A stretch of DNA of 64,000 nucleotides from Candidatus Moraniibacteriota bacterium (GCA_046116545.1 CP175956.1:1558-65557); one strand, 5' to 3'. Positions 47,944-58,644 are shown, numbered from the stretch's first letter. Numbers and translations: made by a program. Notes: a model not told the origin generated them from the sequence alone.

Positions 47944-48384
47944 TTACCAACCACACTCACTATAATATTTCTTATCTTTCATGCCATCGATTGCTTGTCT
48001 TATATATGGTATAACATTCTCTGGAAGATTATCTATATCAAACCACTCTAAATCATCACATTTTGTTGGTTCTTTATTTACAATTTCACCTTGCCATTTT
48101 TTTGCAACAAAAAACACATCCACTCTTTCATTATTTCCCTGAGTACCTGAATCACGATGCATTGTGTGAACTACTTTTGCATCCTCAGGCTCTACCAATA
48201 CACCAATTTCTTCCTCTATTTCTCTCACAACACATTGTGTAAAGTTTTCTCCTAAATCTACATGTCCAGCTGGTAAAGAATAATTACCATCTTCATATCC
48301 AGTATTAAAACGTCTCAACAATAAAGTCTTATTTTCTTTTAATAACATCATATAAGATGCTGGAATATTTGAATGTCTCTTTTT
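47944..48384 (-). CDS. Nudix hydrolase
   Basis: Nudix box GHVDLGENFTQCVVREIEEEIGV. The start was set at the internal Met (MVKKRHSN) to avoid overlapping the upstream GT gene. Confidence 0.8.
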   Translation of the reverse strand, partial: KKRHSNIPASYMMLLKENKTLLLRRFNTGYEDGNYSLPAGHVDLGENFTQCVVREIEEEIGVLVEPEDAKVVHTMHRDSGTQGNNERVDVFFVAKKWQGEIVNKEPTKCDDLEWFDIDNLPENVIPYIRQAIDGMKDKKYYSECGW

Positions 48385-48394
48385 TACCATAATT

Positions 48395-49549
48395 TTATTT
48401 TCCACACATAATATCACAAATTCCAGATATAAATCCATCCCAAGAAAATTGTTTTGATCTTTCTTTTCCTGCCAGACTCATCTTCTTTAATTTTTCATCA
48501 TCCTTTAATAGTTCTTCCATTTTATCACAAAGCAACTGGTCATCATGCTCTACATATTCCACTGCATCACCACCTACCTCAGCTAATGAAGAATTATTTG
48601 CTGTTAATACTGGAGTCCCCACATTCATTGCTTCTAGTACTGGCATTCCAAATCCTTCATATTTTGATGGAAAGACAAACAGCTTTGCGCCTTTATACAA
48701 TGATGGTAAATCTTCTTGTGGTACAAATCCTAAAATTTCAACCTTATTTTCAATTCCTAAATCTTTTACGATTTTTTCAACATCTGTTACAAGTGGTGCT
48801 AGCTGTGGCATTAATTTTCCACTCACAACCAACTTAGGCATATTTTCATCTTTTTCAATCAACAATTTATATGCTCGCAAAACTCTATCAACATCCTTTC
48901 TCATTTCAAGTCCACCTCCATAATAAATATAACCTTTTTCTAATTTATATTTATCCATAGCCTTTTCTAATTTTTCATCAGATATTTCTTCTAGAAAAAT
49001 TGGATCAATAGCAATCGGCTCAACTGCTATTTTTGCAGCTTTTATGTTTAACTTTGTTTCTAAATCAGTTTTTGTATGTTCTGAAACAGTTATTATCTTA
49101 TTTGAAGAATACATTCCCTTCTCCACAAATTGCCAATACATTTTTTTACGCAAGTTATTCAAATATTCAGGAAAAATATGTGGTATCACATCATGCACGA
49201 TCATCACATGTTTCATATCAGTATATTTAATAACAGTTGCTGATTGATACATACTCAATAATACATCACAACCATCTTGCCTAGCTCTACGTGGCAACCA
49301 ATATTTTTCCCACAATAATTTACGAAATAAATCATCTCGCTTATATACTCTTGGCAAAAATTTTCTCTTATAAAAGTTCTTTGGCAAATCGATATCACAA
49401 CTATCTTCACAATAAACAAAAAATTTATGATTTTTCATCGACTTATCCTCTTCCGCTTTACGGGCAATTTCATGTAAAACATGAGTGGTAACTTGTCCAA
49501 TTCCAGTATATTGCTTACGCAAAAACGAAGCATTAATTCCTATATTCAT
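48395..49549 (-). CDS. Family 4 (GT-B) glycosyltransferase
   Basis: Motif FPSKYEGFGMPVLEAMNVGTPV. The start was re-set to the ATG at 49549 (MNIGINASFL), which is preceded by an RBS GGGGG. Confidence 0.75.
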   Translation of the reverse strand: MNIGINASFLRKQYTGIGQVTTHVLHEIARKAEEDKSMKNHKFFVYCEDSCDIDLPKNFYKRKFLPRVYKRDDLFRKLLWEKYWLPRRARQDGCDVLLSMYQSATVIKYTDMKHVMIVHDVIPHIFPEYLNNLRKKMYWQFVEKGMYSSNKIITVSEHTKTDLETKLNIKAAKIAVEPIAIDPIFLEEISDEKLEKAMDKYKLEKGYIYYGGGLEMRKDVDRVLRAYKLLIEKDENMPKLVVSGKLMPQLAPLVTDVEKIVKDLGIENKVEILGFVPQEDLPSLYKGAKLFVFPSKYEGFGMPVLEAMNVGTPVLTANNSSLAEVGGDAVEYVEHDDQLLCDKMEELLKDDEKLKKMSLAGKERSKQFSWDGFISGICDIMCGK

Positions 49550-49726
49550 ATACCCCCAATAATTAACTAATTTAATTTCACAAATACAGATACTATCATT
49601 ATATAACAATAGTAGCAAGTAAGAAAGGTATATAAAAGATTGATTGTTTTACATTTATATAGTAGTCTTATTTCAAATGTATCCTAAATAGTAACTTTAA
49701 CAATACAAAAAAGGAGTGTCCACAAC

Positions 49727-50242
49727 ATGCTAACTTTAATAAATAGTTTTAATGTTTTACGTTTGGATAATTTTTTATTACGAACCACAAAAATCATGGC
49801 TAATAAAATTACTAAACTAACTGGCTTAAATAACTTTCAGATATCATCGTTATGTATGTTATTAGCAATTCCAGTTATGTATATTGGATCAACATCCGCT
49901 TACTATATTCTTAAAATTTCAGGAGTCACGCCATTACAAGTAGCGCAGATAAACATAACATTTACAATCATTATATTATTTTTCACTTTAATGGTTGTTG
50001 CAACAAATTGGATAACTGAGAGGTCTCACAATAAAGGTGATGACTTTCTCCTTGGGTCTGCACCTATTTACCGATACATGTGGTTATTTACAAGTATCTT
50101 TGGAGCAATGATGACTATTGCTATTTGGTGTCTATGCAAAGAATTTAGCCTCGTACATTATTTCTTTACTGTACTTACAATTACTTTTGCAATAGCTATG
50201 TATTTTACACACTGCAATAACTATTTTATTGATGAAGTTTAA
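49727..50242 (+). CDS. Hypothetical membrane protein
   Basis: 171 aa with 4 TM helices and an RBS AAGGAG. Confidence 0.45.
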   Translation: MLTLINSFNVLRLDNFLLRTTKIMANKITKLTGLNNFQISSLCMLLAIPVMYIGSTSAYYILKISGVTPLQVAQINITFTIIILFFTLMVVATNWITERSHNKGDDFLLGSAPIYRYMWLFTSIFGAMMTIAIWCLCKEFSLVHYFFTVLTITFAIAMYFTHCNNYFIDEV

Positions 50243-50356
50243 ATTATGATATAACACAAAGTCCTATAGGGAACCACCTACAGGACTTTTTTTATTTGTC
50301 AAAAAAACTATATGATATATACTACTGGGTAGCTTAATAAGTTATCAAATTTAATT

Positions 50357-51631
50357 ATGAAAAAACAAACTGTAGCAGTTATTGGACTTGGTTATGTTGG
50401 ACTTCCTCTTGCTGTACGAACTCAAGAACGTGGCTATAATGTAATTGGAATTGAACTTGATGAAAAAAAAGTTGAACTTATCAATAAACAAGAGTCTCCT
50501 ATAGAAGAAGAATATTTATATGAAAATTTACCCAAATTTCCTATCAAAGCAACTAGCGATGCGAAGGAAATTAAAAAAGCAGATATTATTCTTATTTGTG
50601 TTCCCACTCCAGTGGACGCGTCTTACAGTCCCGATCTTGGACCAGTGCGAGGTGCTTGCGAAATGACTGCAAATAATTTGAAAAAAGGAGCTTTGGTTGT
50701 ACTTGAATCAACCGTAAACCCTGGTGTATCTGAAGAGGTTGTTCGTCCAATATTTGAAGCACATGGATTTAAAATTGGGACAGATGTTTTCATTGCGCAT
50801 TGCCCTGAGCGTATTAACCCAGGTGACCCTGTGTGGAATGTCACAAATATCCCTAGAGTTGTTGGAGCCTTCACAAAAAAAGGACTCACAAAAGCCACTG
50901 ATTTTTATGAATCAATAATAGATGGTGCAATTCGTCCAATGAAACATATTCGAGAAGCTGAAGCTGTTAAAGTTGTAGAAAACTCTTTCCGTGATGTAAA
51001 TATTGCTTTTGTAAACGAACTTGCAAAATCTTTTGATGCACTTGATATTGATGTAAAAGATGTAATTGATGGAGCTAGTACAAAACCATTTGCATTTATG
51101 CCTCACTACCCTTCTTGTGGTATTGGTGGTCATTGTATACCTGTTGATCCTTACTATTTAATAGAACGTGCAAAACAAGCTGGCTTTGACCATAAATTTC
51201 TAAGAACATCTCGTACAATAAATAATTCAATGCCCGAATATACAGTAGAACTATTACAAGATAAATTAAATGAGGTGAAGATGCCTCTAAATGGAACTAA
51301 TGTTGGCATACTAGGGATTGCATACAAAGCAAATGTTGATGATGACAGAGAGTCTCCTTACTATGATATTGTAAAAGCATTGGAGGGTCATGGAGCAAAA
51401 GTTCATTCATTTGATCCACACATCAAAGAAAAATCATCTGTTAAAACTCTTGCAACACTCTTGAAAAAATCAGATGCTATAATACTTGTTACAAATCACA
51501 GAGAATTTGAAGATGTGAATGGAGCACTTCTTAAAAAGAATGGTATTAAGGTAATAATTGATGGAAAGAATATCCTTGATAAGAAAGACATTGAAAAAAA
51601 TAAGGTTATTTACAAAGGAATTGGACGATAA
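50357..51631 (+). CDS. Nucleotide-sugar 6-dehydrogenase (UDP-glucose/UDP-ManNAc dehydrogenase family)
   Basis: 424 aa. N-terminal Rossmann motif VAVIGLGYVGLPLAV, a catalytic Cys region and the C-terminal UDPG_MGDP_dh domain. An intrinsic terminator lies at 51655-51684. Confidence 0.8.
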   Translation: MKKQTVAVIGLGYVGLPLAVRTQERGYNVIGIELDEKKVELINKQESPIEEEYLYENLPKFPIKATSDAKEIKKADIILICVPTPVDASYSPDLGPVRGACEMTANNLKKGALVVLESTVNPGVSEEVVRPIFEAHGFKIGTDVFIAHCPERINPGDPVWNVTNIPRVVGAFTKKGLTKATDFYESIIDGAIRPMKHIREAEAVKVVENSFRDVNIAFVNELAKSFDALDIDVKDVIDGASTKPFAFMPHYPSCGIGGHCIPVDPYYLIERAKQAGFDHKFLRTSRTINNSMPEYTVELLQDKLNEVKMPLNGTNVGILGIAYKANVDDDRESPYYDIVKALEGHGAKVHSFDPHIKEKSSVKTLATLLKKSDAIILVTNHREFEDVNGALLKKNGIKVIIDGKNILDKKDIEKNKVIYKGIGR

Positions 51632-51654
51632 TTGTAGTGCTTCCAAAAAATACT

Positions 51655-51684
51655 GGCGAACATATCATAATGTTCGCCTTTTAT
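51655..51684 (+). terminator. Rho-independent terminator
   Basis: GGCGAACATATCATAATGTTCGCC followed by TTTTATTT. Confidence 0.6.
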
Positions 51685-52095
51685 TTACTAATATCATCTT
51701 CACTTAACTACACTTCACCAAAATCAGTAGCAAAAATATATTTTAAAACTTCACACCTCCTCCCTTTTGAAGGGGAGGTACCCGACAGGGTGGAGGGGTT
51801 AGAATGATGACAATAAACTTTATTTTAGCAAAGTCCCCTCTGTCCTACGGACATCTCCCCCTTTAAAAATGGGAGAGGTTAGTTGAAAATGGTATAAAAA
51901 AGAAAAAACCAACCTTTCATAGGAAAGGTTGGTTAGGAGGGCTGATTGTCACAGACATTGCACTAAACTCTAACTAGAGATGAGACGCAAAAAATGCGAA
52001 AAAGGAGGAGACACATTTTCTGCAAGCAGAGCTTTGTGTGTGCTGTTTCCTTACGACTACCAGCTGTGAACAAAGTATATAGCAAATTAAACATT

Positions 52096-52123
52096 TTGTC
52101 AAGTGTTTATACTAGTGTATAAT
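52096..52123 (+). promoter_or_regulatory. Sigma-70-type promoter for the GT2 gene
   Basis: TTGTCA-16-TATAAT about 80 nt upstream of the ATG at 52204. Confidence 0.5.
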
Positions 52124-52203
52124 GTAGACAATGACCTATAATTGATGTATACTACATCAATTCAATACTGACTAAAAATATATCTAATTATTAGAGAAAA
52201 TTC

Positions 52204-53160
52204 ATGAAATTGATTATAAATATACCAGCATACAATGAATCTGAGGCAATTGGTAAGACTATAAAAAACTTACCTCGAGACTTCGATGGAATTGATGAAG
52301 TATTAGTTCAAGTTGTTGATGATGGCTCAAAGGATGGTACTGCTGATATTTCCAGAGAGGCTGGTGCAGATATCGTAATATCACATTCAACTAACAGACG
52401 TCTTGGTGAAGTGTTTAATACTGCTGTTGAAAGTGCTTTGGAAAATGGTGCTGATATTATGGTAAATATCGATGCTGATGGTCAATTTGATTCTGGAGAA
52501 ATTGTATCTTTACTAAAACCAATTTTTGATGGAAAAGCTGATATGACCGTTGGTGATAGATTCAAAGCTGGAAGTGCTGACGGAATACCAGTTATAAAAA
52601 ATACACTAAACAAACTTGGTGCCAAAATTGTTGGTAAGTTTCTAAATACAGAAATTGATGATTTAACTTGTGGCTTCCGAGCACATAATCGTGAAACCTT
52701 ACTTAAACTAAATAAAGTTAGTGGCTTCACGTATACTCAAGAAACTATAATTGATGCCATTGGTAAAAATCTTAAAATCACATGGGTACCTGTAACTGTA
52801 AAGTATTTTGAAGGACGGCAGTCACGTGTTGTTAAAAGTGTATGGAAATTCGTAAATAATAGTGCAAAAATTATTATAAAAGCAATGAGAGATGTACGGC
52901 CAATGAAATTCTTTGGTATTCCTGGGGTTATAATCATGACTGCTGCATTCATCACATTTACAATTTTCTTGATTTTGTATATTCCAGAGTTACACGTGAC
53001 ACCTTATAGAAATTACTTATTCACTTCAATTGCCCTACTACTCGTTGGTATGCAATTTCTAATATTTGCACTTATCGCTGATATGATCAAATCAAACAGA
53101 CAACTAACTGAAGATATGATGTATCAGATTAAAAAGCAAAAATACGAACAAAAAAAATAA
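52204..53160 (+). CDS. Family 2 glycosyltransferase (polyprenyl-phosphate sugar transferase, DPM1-like) with C-terminal TM helices
   Basis: 318 aa. Motifs INIPAYNESEAIGKT...VVDDGSKDGT...DADGQ. Confidence 0.8.
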   Translation: MKLIINIPAYNESEAIGKTIKNLPRDFDGIDEVLVQVVDDGSKDGTADISREAGADIVISHSTNRRLGEVFNTAVESALENGADIMVNIDADGQFDSGEIVSLLKPIFDGKADMTVGDRFKAGSADGIPVIKNTLNKLGAKIVGKFLNTEIDDLTCGFRAHNRETLLKLNKVSGFTYTQETIIDAIGKNLKITWVPVTVKYFEGRQSRVVKSVWKFVNNSAKIIIKAMRDVRPMKFFGIPGVIIMTAAFITFTIFLILYIPELHVTPYRNYLFTSIALLLVGMQFLIFALIADMIKSNRQLTEDMMYQIKKQKYEQKK

Positions 53161-53268
53161 CCGCAGCTACACATATGTGTTTGCTACGGTTATATACCTA
53201 ACTTATCATTCATCTCCACTACCACAATAACTAGCAACGGACTCTTTTAATTATTTAGCCTCTCGCTC

Positions 53269-53850
53269 TTAGTTTTGGTTTTCATAAAACTCATCTATAG
53301 CTTCTAATCCTTCTTTATGTGCCACATTGAATTCAAGAAGAGAATGTGTATTCAACGGAATTAAATTAGAAGTTACAGTACGCTTATGAAAGTCTTGAAA
53401 AGCTCGCAGTACACCAATTAATTTTTCCAAGTTTTCCTGAACAGCTTCATACGAGCTCTTTGCTGATTCTTTTTCTAAAGCAGGTAGATTCATGTATGCA
53501 TTAAGAAATGCTCTCAAGATCGATTTAAACTCTTCTTCTATCGAAATCAACACATCAGACTGAACGCCTTCATTCATAAAATTCAGCATGTTTTGCTCTA
53601 CAGCTCCCATATGTCGCTGAAACGACTCCATATTAGATGTAACGATATGGTCACTTCCGTCAATAGCCTTATCAAAGGTCTTTTGCAACAACGATATTGC
53701 TGCATCAACAAGCTTAACATTATGCCTCACACGAATACACTCATTGGTCTTTGCTAACATATTTACTGCACGTATTGCAATCCACGTTGATCCCACGAAA
53801 CCACCTGCCAATATTATTAGCACTATCTTATATGTATTTTCTTCAATCAT
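53269..53850 (-). CDS. Hypothetical membrane-anchored helical protein
   Basis: 193-aa ORF with an N-terminal TM helix. Confidence 0.4.
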   Translation of the reverse strand: MIEENTYKIVLIILAGGFVGSTWIAIRAVNMLAKTNECIRVRHNVKLVDAAISLLQKTFDKAIDGSDHIVTSNMESFQRHMGAVEQNMLNFMNEGVQSDVLISIEEEFKSILRAFLNAYMNLPALEKESAKSSYEAVQENLEKLIGVLRAFQDFHKRTVTSNLIPLNTHSLLEFNVAHKEGLEAIDEFYENQN

Positions 53851-53955
53851 CTCAATTTCTCCTTATTAAGATAAATTTTATAAATATATGCTACACTTAT
53901 TTATGTAACATTTTCTTAAAAGAACAACTGATTATCATAACATTAAATCTTCATT

Positions 53956-55047
53956 ATGTCAATATCTCAAAAAAATAATCTTAAAATCTTATTTATTTCT
54001 AGAGCGTATCCACCGGTAGTTGGTGGGATTGAAAATCAAAATTATGAACTTTCTCAGTGGCTACCCAAGATAACTCCAACAAAAACAATTGCCAATACAC
54101 ATGGTAAAAAGTTTTTACCTTTTTTCTTAATTCGACTATTTGCGACACTCCCCTTTACCGCATCAAAATATGATGTGATTCTTTTGGGTGATGGAGTATT
54201 AGGAATAGTTTCTTGGTGGATCAAACTTTTTAACAAGCAAACAAAGATTGCTTGTATTGTGCATGGTCTTGATTTAACTTATAAAAATACCTTCTATCAA
54301 AAATATTGGGTTAATAAATTCATACCCACTTGCGACAAATTAATTGCTGTTGGAAATCAAACAATCATAGAAGGTGTAGCTCGTGGCATTAATAAAGATA
54401 AATTCACATTCATACCTAATGGTGTTCATCCTGAAAAATTCATTCATGATGATATTGATAGAAATGAAATATTCAATATTATTGGCAATGAGTACAGGGA
54501 TAAAAAAATACTTCTAACTTTTGGAAGACTAGCTCGCAGAAAAGGTGTTGCATGGTTTATTAGAAACGTATTACCTAATTTATCTGATGATATTACTTAC
54601 ATTGTTGCTGGCACTGGACCAGATAAAGAAAATATAGAAAATGCTATACAAGAAAACCACTTGCAAAAAAGAGTTATTATGATGGGCTATGTTGATGATG
54701 CTACACGCGACAAAATCTTTGCTGGTGCAGATTTATTTATACAAGCAAATATCAAGGTTGAAGGAGATATGGAAGGTTTCGGTATTAGTGTTATTGAATC
54801 AGGTGTAAGTGGAATCCCTGTCCTAGCATCAAGGCTTGAAGGATTGAAAGATGCCATAAACGATGGTAAAAATGGTATCCAAGTTGAAGCTGAAAATCCT
54901 GATGATTGGGAAAATAAAATAACACATGCTCTTTCTGATGATTTTAATAGAAAAGAATTTGGCTTAACTGCAAGAAAATATATTGTGGAAAATTTAAGTT
55001 GGGATAAAGTTTCAAAGCTTTATTATACAATACTAAAAAGCATATAA
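53956..55047 (+). CDS. Family 4 (GT-B) glycosyltransferase
   Basis: 363 aa. Motif EGDMEGFGISVIESGVSGIPVLAS. Confidence 0.75.
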   Translation: MSISQKNNLKILFISRAYPPVVGGIENQNYELSQWLPKITPTKTIANTHGKKFLPFFLIRLFATLPFTASKYDVILLGDGVLGIVSWWIKLFNKQTKIACIVHGLDLTYKNTFYQKYWVNKFIPTCDKLIAVGNQTIIEGVARGINKDKFTFIPNGVHPEKFIHDDIDRNEIFNIIGNEYRDKKILLTFGRLARRKGVAWFIRNVLPNLSDDITYIVAGTGPDKENIENAIQENHLQKRVIMMGYVDDATRDKIFAGADLFIQANIKVEGDMEGFGISVIESGVSGIPVLASRLEGLKDAINDGKNGIQVEAENPDDWENKITHALSDDFNRKEFGLTARKYIVENLSWDKVSKLYYTILKSI

Positions 55048-55106
55048 AAAAAGGTCGATAATATTATTATCGACCTTCATCATCTAACGCTTTTTTTCAA
55101 TACTAC

Positions 55107-55505
55107 TCAATAACCTGGAGGAGCTGCTACAATGACATATCCTCCACTTGACACTGGTTGATAGTAGACACCATCGGAAACGATGTATGTCGTATTTTGC
55201 ACCACCACGGTATTGTGTCTTGGTGGCAATGTTGCAATAGCTGTTCCTATTACAATTCCTGTCGCAATACCCATTCCAACCCTTGCTACTGGATGCATGC
55301 CATGTCTATAATACCTATCGTTATGCCTGTGCCTATTACCATTCCTGTTCACATTAACATTCACATTTTTATTCACATTTCTGTTAACATTTACATTTTT
55401 ATTTCTATTGCCACGACCATCTCTGCGTGCACTTGCAAAACCAGCACTAGTAACAACAAATATAATAATAAGAACGGTTGCCACACTTTTTTTATACTTA
55501 ATCAT
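55107..55505 (-). CDS. Small secreted protein with an (NVN)n repeat and a C-terminal Gly/Ala/Ile-zipper segment
   Basis: 132 aa. The signal peptide is MIKYKKSVATVLIIIFVVTSAGFASA, followed by NRNKNVNVNRNVNKNVNVNVNRNGN and then GMGIATGIVIGTAIA. Confidence 0.45.
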   Translation of the reverse strand: MIKYKKSVATVLIIIFVVTSAGFASARRDGRGNRNKNVNVNRNVNKNVNVNVNRNGNRHRHNDRYYRHGMHPVARVGMGIATGIVIGTAIATLPPRHNTVVVQNTTYIVSDGVYYQPVSSGGYVIVAAPPGY

Positions 55506-55552
55506 CTCCTTCTCCTTTTTTTATGTAATGATTATTTTTTAAAATATAGCTT

Positions 55553-56083
55553 CTATATTATGTGAATAAAATCGAGCACACCTTTTAAACGTGGATCTTC
55601 CTTTGCTTGTTTCAAATCTGCAACATACAATTTGTCCTGCTCGTTACATTTGCCACTTATTCGGCTATGGTTAATCCAAGTGCACCCATTTGGGACGCTT
55701 AGATCATCTCCTGTATAAATGCAATTTATACCTACATCTTTGCACCACTTAGCAAATCCGTAAAAACCTTCTCTATACGTTTCAGAATCCTCAAGAACAA
55801 CTGATATTGTTGAAAATAATACTGGAAACACATGAGAGATTCCCACTTGCTTATTTCTCTCATATTTTTTCAAGGCTATACCCGTTGAACTACTTGGAAA
55901 AACCTTCAGAACATCACAAAGTACAATTGCTTGATCTGACATTAAATGACTTCTCATTAAATACAAGCTTTTGTCACCACATTCATACGACCCAATAATA
56001 TCAACCATTGGACTTTGTCCACTCATATTAATATTTCGAACAGCATCAAGAAAACAATTTTCTTGCAATACAGAGTTACTCAT
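55553..56083 (-). CDS. Hypothetical Cys-containing protein, possibly a papain-like/C39-like peptidase (weak)
   Basis: The start was re-set to MSNSVL, where AGGAGG lies 8 nt upstream. Contains GSYECGDKSLYLM. Confidence 0.3.
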   Translation of the reverse strand: MSNSVLQENCFLDAVRNINMSGQSPMVDIIGSYECGDKSLYLMRSHLMSDQAIVLCDVLKVFPSSSTGIALKKYERNKQVGISHVFPVLFSTISVVLEDSETYREGFYGFAKWCKDVGINCIYTGDDLSVPNGCTWINHSRISGKCNEQDKLYVADLKQAKEDPRLKGVLDFIHII

Positions 56084-56237
56084 AATACACACCTCCTAGT
56101 GTATTTTATTTATAAAAATGTTATACTATTTTTAAGGCACTAATTGAATAAATTAGCATATTTAACACTAAAAGTCAATCGTAATTCGCACCTAGAAGTA
56201 CCTACTAGGGTCGATTCTAGATTGTACATTACTCTGC

Positions 56238-58220
56238 ATGAACGAATTCTTATTACAACAATTACTATTTATCTCAGTTACATTTGGACTACTCATTATT
56301 CCAGGATGGTTTTTTTTAATTGCCTTTTTCAATAAAGACAAATTTGCGACTCTTGAAAAACTAATTCTAAGTGTTCCTATTAGTTTTTCTATTATAACTT
56401 TATCTGTAATTACGATAAATGCTTTCGGTATTTCTTTGACAAAGCAAAATCTATTTATAACATTTATTTCAATTATTACTCCCCTCATCTTAATATCACT
56501 TTTCAAAAAACATGCAAAATTAACCTCAAATAAGGATATATTCAACTTTTCAAAAAAACAAACTCTTCTAATAGTTGTATTGATAGTTTTTACAATTATT
56601 TCAAAGGGTATATTCCTTACTAACACCATTTTCCCAACAGCAACAGACCTTGGACATCATATGTTTTGGGTTGAAAAAATTACAGTTGATGCGCAATTGC
56701 CAACTTATGAAAAAATTAAAATTGATCCAGAAACAAATATATTTACTCCGCCAGAACATATTGCTGACTTCATAGTTGGAGAACATATTATTTTTGCGGT
56801 CATTAAAACTTTTACCAATCAGTCTATCGTAAGCACCTTTCCATCACTGGTGTTATTTATTGTAAATATATTTACAATTCTAATGATGTTTATATTGACT
56901 AGAAGATTTTTTTCTTCTTATAGATATGGGGCTGAAATAGCTATTTTAACATTACTTTTCATAGGTCCTCTTTGGGCTATTAGCGGTGCTGGTGCAAAAT
57001 TTGTAAGTGGTGGAGTTGTAGGGAATCTGCTAGGCAACCTACTTATACCAACCATACTTTATTTCATATATCGAGCACACAAAGATAATAGTTCTATGTT
57101 ACTAGTTCCAGCAATTATAACCATAACAGCTCTTGCATACACACATCACTTAAGTGCTTTTATTTTTGGTTATATTTTTATTTTTAGCGTTTTAGGACTT
57201 GCCTTTTTTAATAGAGATGGATTCACTACCTACAAAAAGATTTTTTCTTTACTAAAAAATCCATATATCATTCCACTACTAATTCTAGCTATAACTTCAC
57301 TTCTATTTTTAGCTCCTCCGTCTTATCTAGATAGAGATGCCATAAGTTCATCAATTGGAGCACCTAGTAAATCAACTCGTACAGGAGTTCCCTTCACGCA
57401 ACTCATGCATATGTTAGGTGAAGCTCGTTTTGTATTTGGATTAATTGGACTTCTTATATTCACTACTTTTTATACACTTAGACGATTTGGTTACAAAAAA
57501 CTAATCAATATTGGCAAAAAAGATAATCCAACAAATATTTATGGTGTTGCCTTTTTATTTGGTTGGGGTTGGGCATTATTACTTATGAGTTTAGTGCCAC
57601 AATTACTAAAAGTAAATATAATATCAACCAGAATTGCTACTTACGGAGCATTTCCACTTGCAATTTTCTCTGCATTTGCAATCATGTGGATTATTAATAT
57701 CATACTAAATGAAAAGAGGAAAACTGTTATTTTGCCTCAATTTTTACTTTTATCTTTCTTATTTATAATAATCACATTTACATTTGTAAGTGGTTTGCAT
57801 GATAATGCCACAAGTTTAAATGATGCTCCAAAAACAAATAAAGCACTGCAGACATTCCATTCAGGAGAATATATGAGTGAAAAGTTTAAAGAAAATATTA
57901 GTAAAAATAATTTTTGGTTAGTAAAAGATCATAACCACATAACATCTGATACATGGCTAAAAGTATTTTTTGCAGATGATTATTCATTCCCATTGTCACG
58001 TAGCTATTTCAAACGATATGAAACAAATCCAAACCGCGAAATATGTACAAGAGAAATGATATCAAATCCAGATTCAGAGTTTGCCATTACTTGTTTTCAA
58101 AATCTAAATGTCCATGCAGTTTTAGTAAATACAGATGAAGACGAAGGTCAATTCAAATCAAATGATAATTTCTACAGAATTTATCAAAATGATGAATTAA
58201 GCTTGTTTATAAAAAAATAG
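56238..58220 (+). CDS. Large polytopic membrane protein (putative GT-C-type glycosyltransferase or polysaccharide polymerase-like)
   Basis: 660 aa with about 13 TM helices and a C-terminal soluble domain, in the envelope glycosylation locus. Confidence 0.4.
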   Translation: MNEFLLQQLLFISVTFGLLIIPGWFFLIAFFNKDKFATLEKLILSVPISFSIITLSVITINAFGISLTKQNLFITFISIITPLILISLFKKHAKLTSNKDIFNFSKKQTLLIVVLIVFTIISKGIFLTNTIFPTATDLGHHMFWVEKITVDAQLPTYEKIKIDPETNIFTPPEHIADFIVGEHIIFAVIKTFTNQSIVSTFPSLVLFIVNIFTILMMFILTRRFFSSYRYGAEIAILTLLFIGPLWAISGAGAKFVSGGVVGNLLGNLLIPTILYFIYRAHKDNSSMLLVPAIITITALAYTHHLSAFIFGYIFIFSVLGLAFFNRDGFTTYKKIFSLLKNPYIIPLLILAITSLLFLAPPSYLDRDAISSSIGAPSKSTRTGVPFTQLMHMLGEARFVFGLIGLLIFTTFYTLRRFGYKKLINIGKKDNPTNIYGVAFLFGWGWALLLMSLVPQLLKVNIISTRIATYGAFPLAIFSAFAIMWIINIILNEKRKTVILPQFLLLSFLFIIITFTFVSGLHDNATSLNDAPKTNKALQTFHSGEYMSEKFKENISKNNFWLVKDHNHITSDTWLKVFFADDYSFPLSRSYFKRYETNPNREICTREMISNPDSEFAITCFQNLNVHAVLVNTDEDEGQFKSNDNFYRIYQNDELSLFIKK

Positions 58221-58222
58221 TT

Positions 58223-58294
58223 TGTAGTGACACCCCTTGTGGGTGTCATAACAGTAATTCAATAACAAAGACAGGCACAAGACCTGTCACTACA
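58223..58294. repeat. 70-bp terminal-inverted-repeat element, copy 2
   Basis: TGTAGTGACACCCCTTGTGGGTGTCA...AGACAGGCACAAGACCTGTCACTACA. Confidence 0.7.
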
Positions 58295-58299
58295 AAAAT

Positions 58300-58644
58300 A
58301 TGAAATCACAATATATAATAATCCTAACAATAATAATCGCACTAGTATCTAGCATGCTCTTGTTAGCAAAAATAGAAGAAGATCAACGTACAAACAATCA
58401 AGATTTCTGGAGTATTTATTTTGTGGATCCATTAGGAAGTTCTAATGATTTTATAATAGATAACAAATCACCTGAAACAAAAATATTTCACTACGACATA
58501 ATAATCGATGAAAATATAGTAAACTCTAATGACATAGAAATTGAAAAAAATAATATCAAAACAGTAGAAATAGATGATGAATATAAAAATATACTAATAA
58601 AAGCATCTGTAGAAACAGATAGTAAGGAAATTTATAAAAAATAA
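58300..58644 (+). CDS. Hypothetical membrane-anchored protein
   Basis: 114-aa ORF with an N-terminal TM helix. Confidence 0.35.
   Translation: MKSQYIIILTIIIALVSSMLLLAKIEEDQRTNNQDFWSIYFVDPLGSSNDFIIDNKSPETKIFHYDIIIDENIVNSNDIEIEKNNIKTVEIDDEYKNILIKASVETDSKEIYKK

Noticed and set aside
47802-48014. 70-aa ORF (and 7901-8107, 6101-6313 on the plus strand)
   Set aside because: They span the TIR element or hairpin repeats, or are antisense to minus-strand genes; no translation signals.
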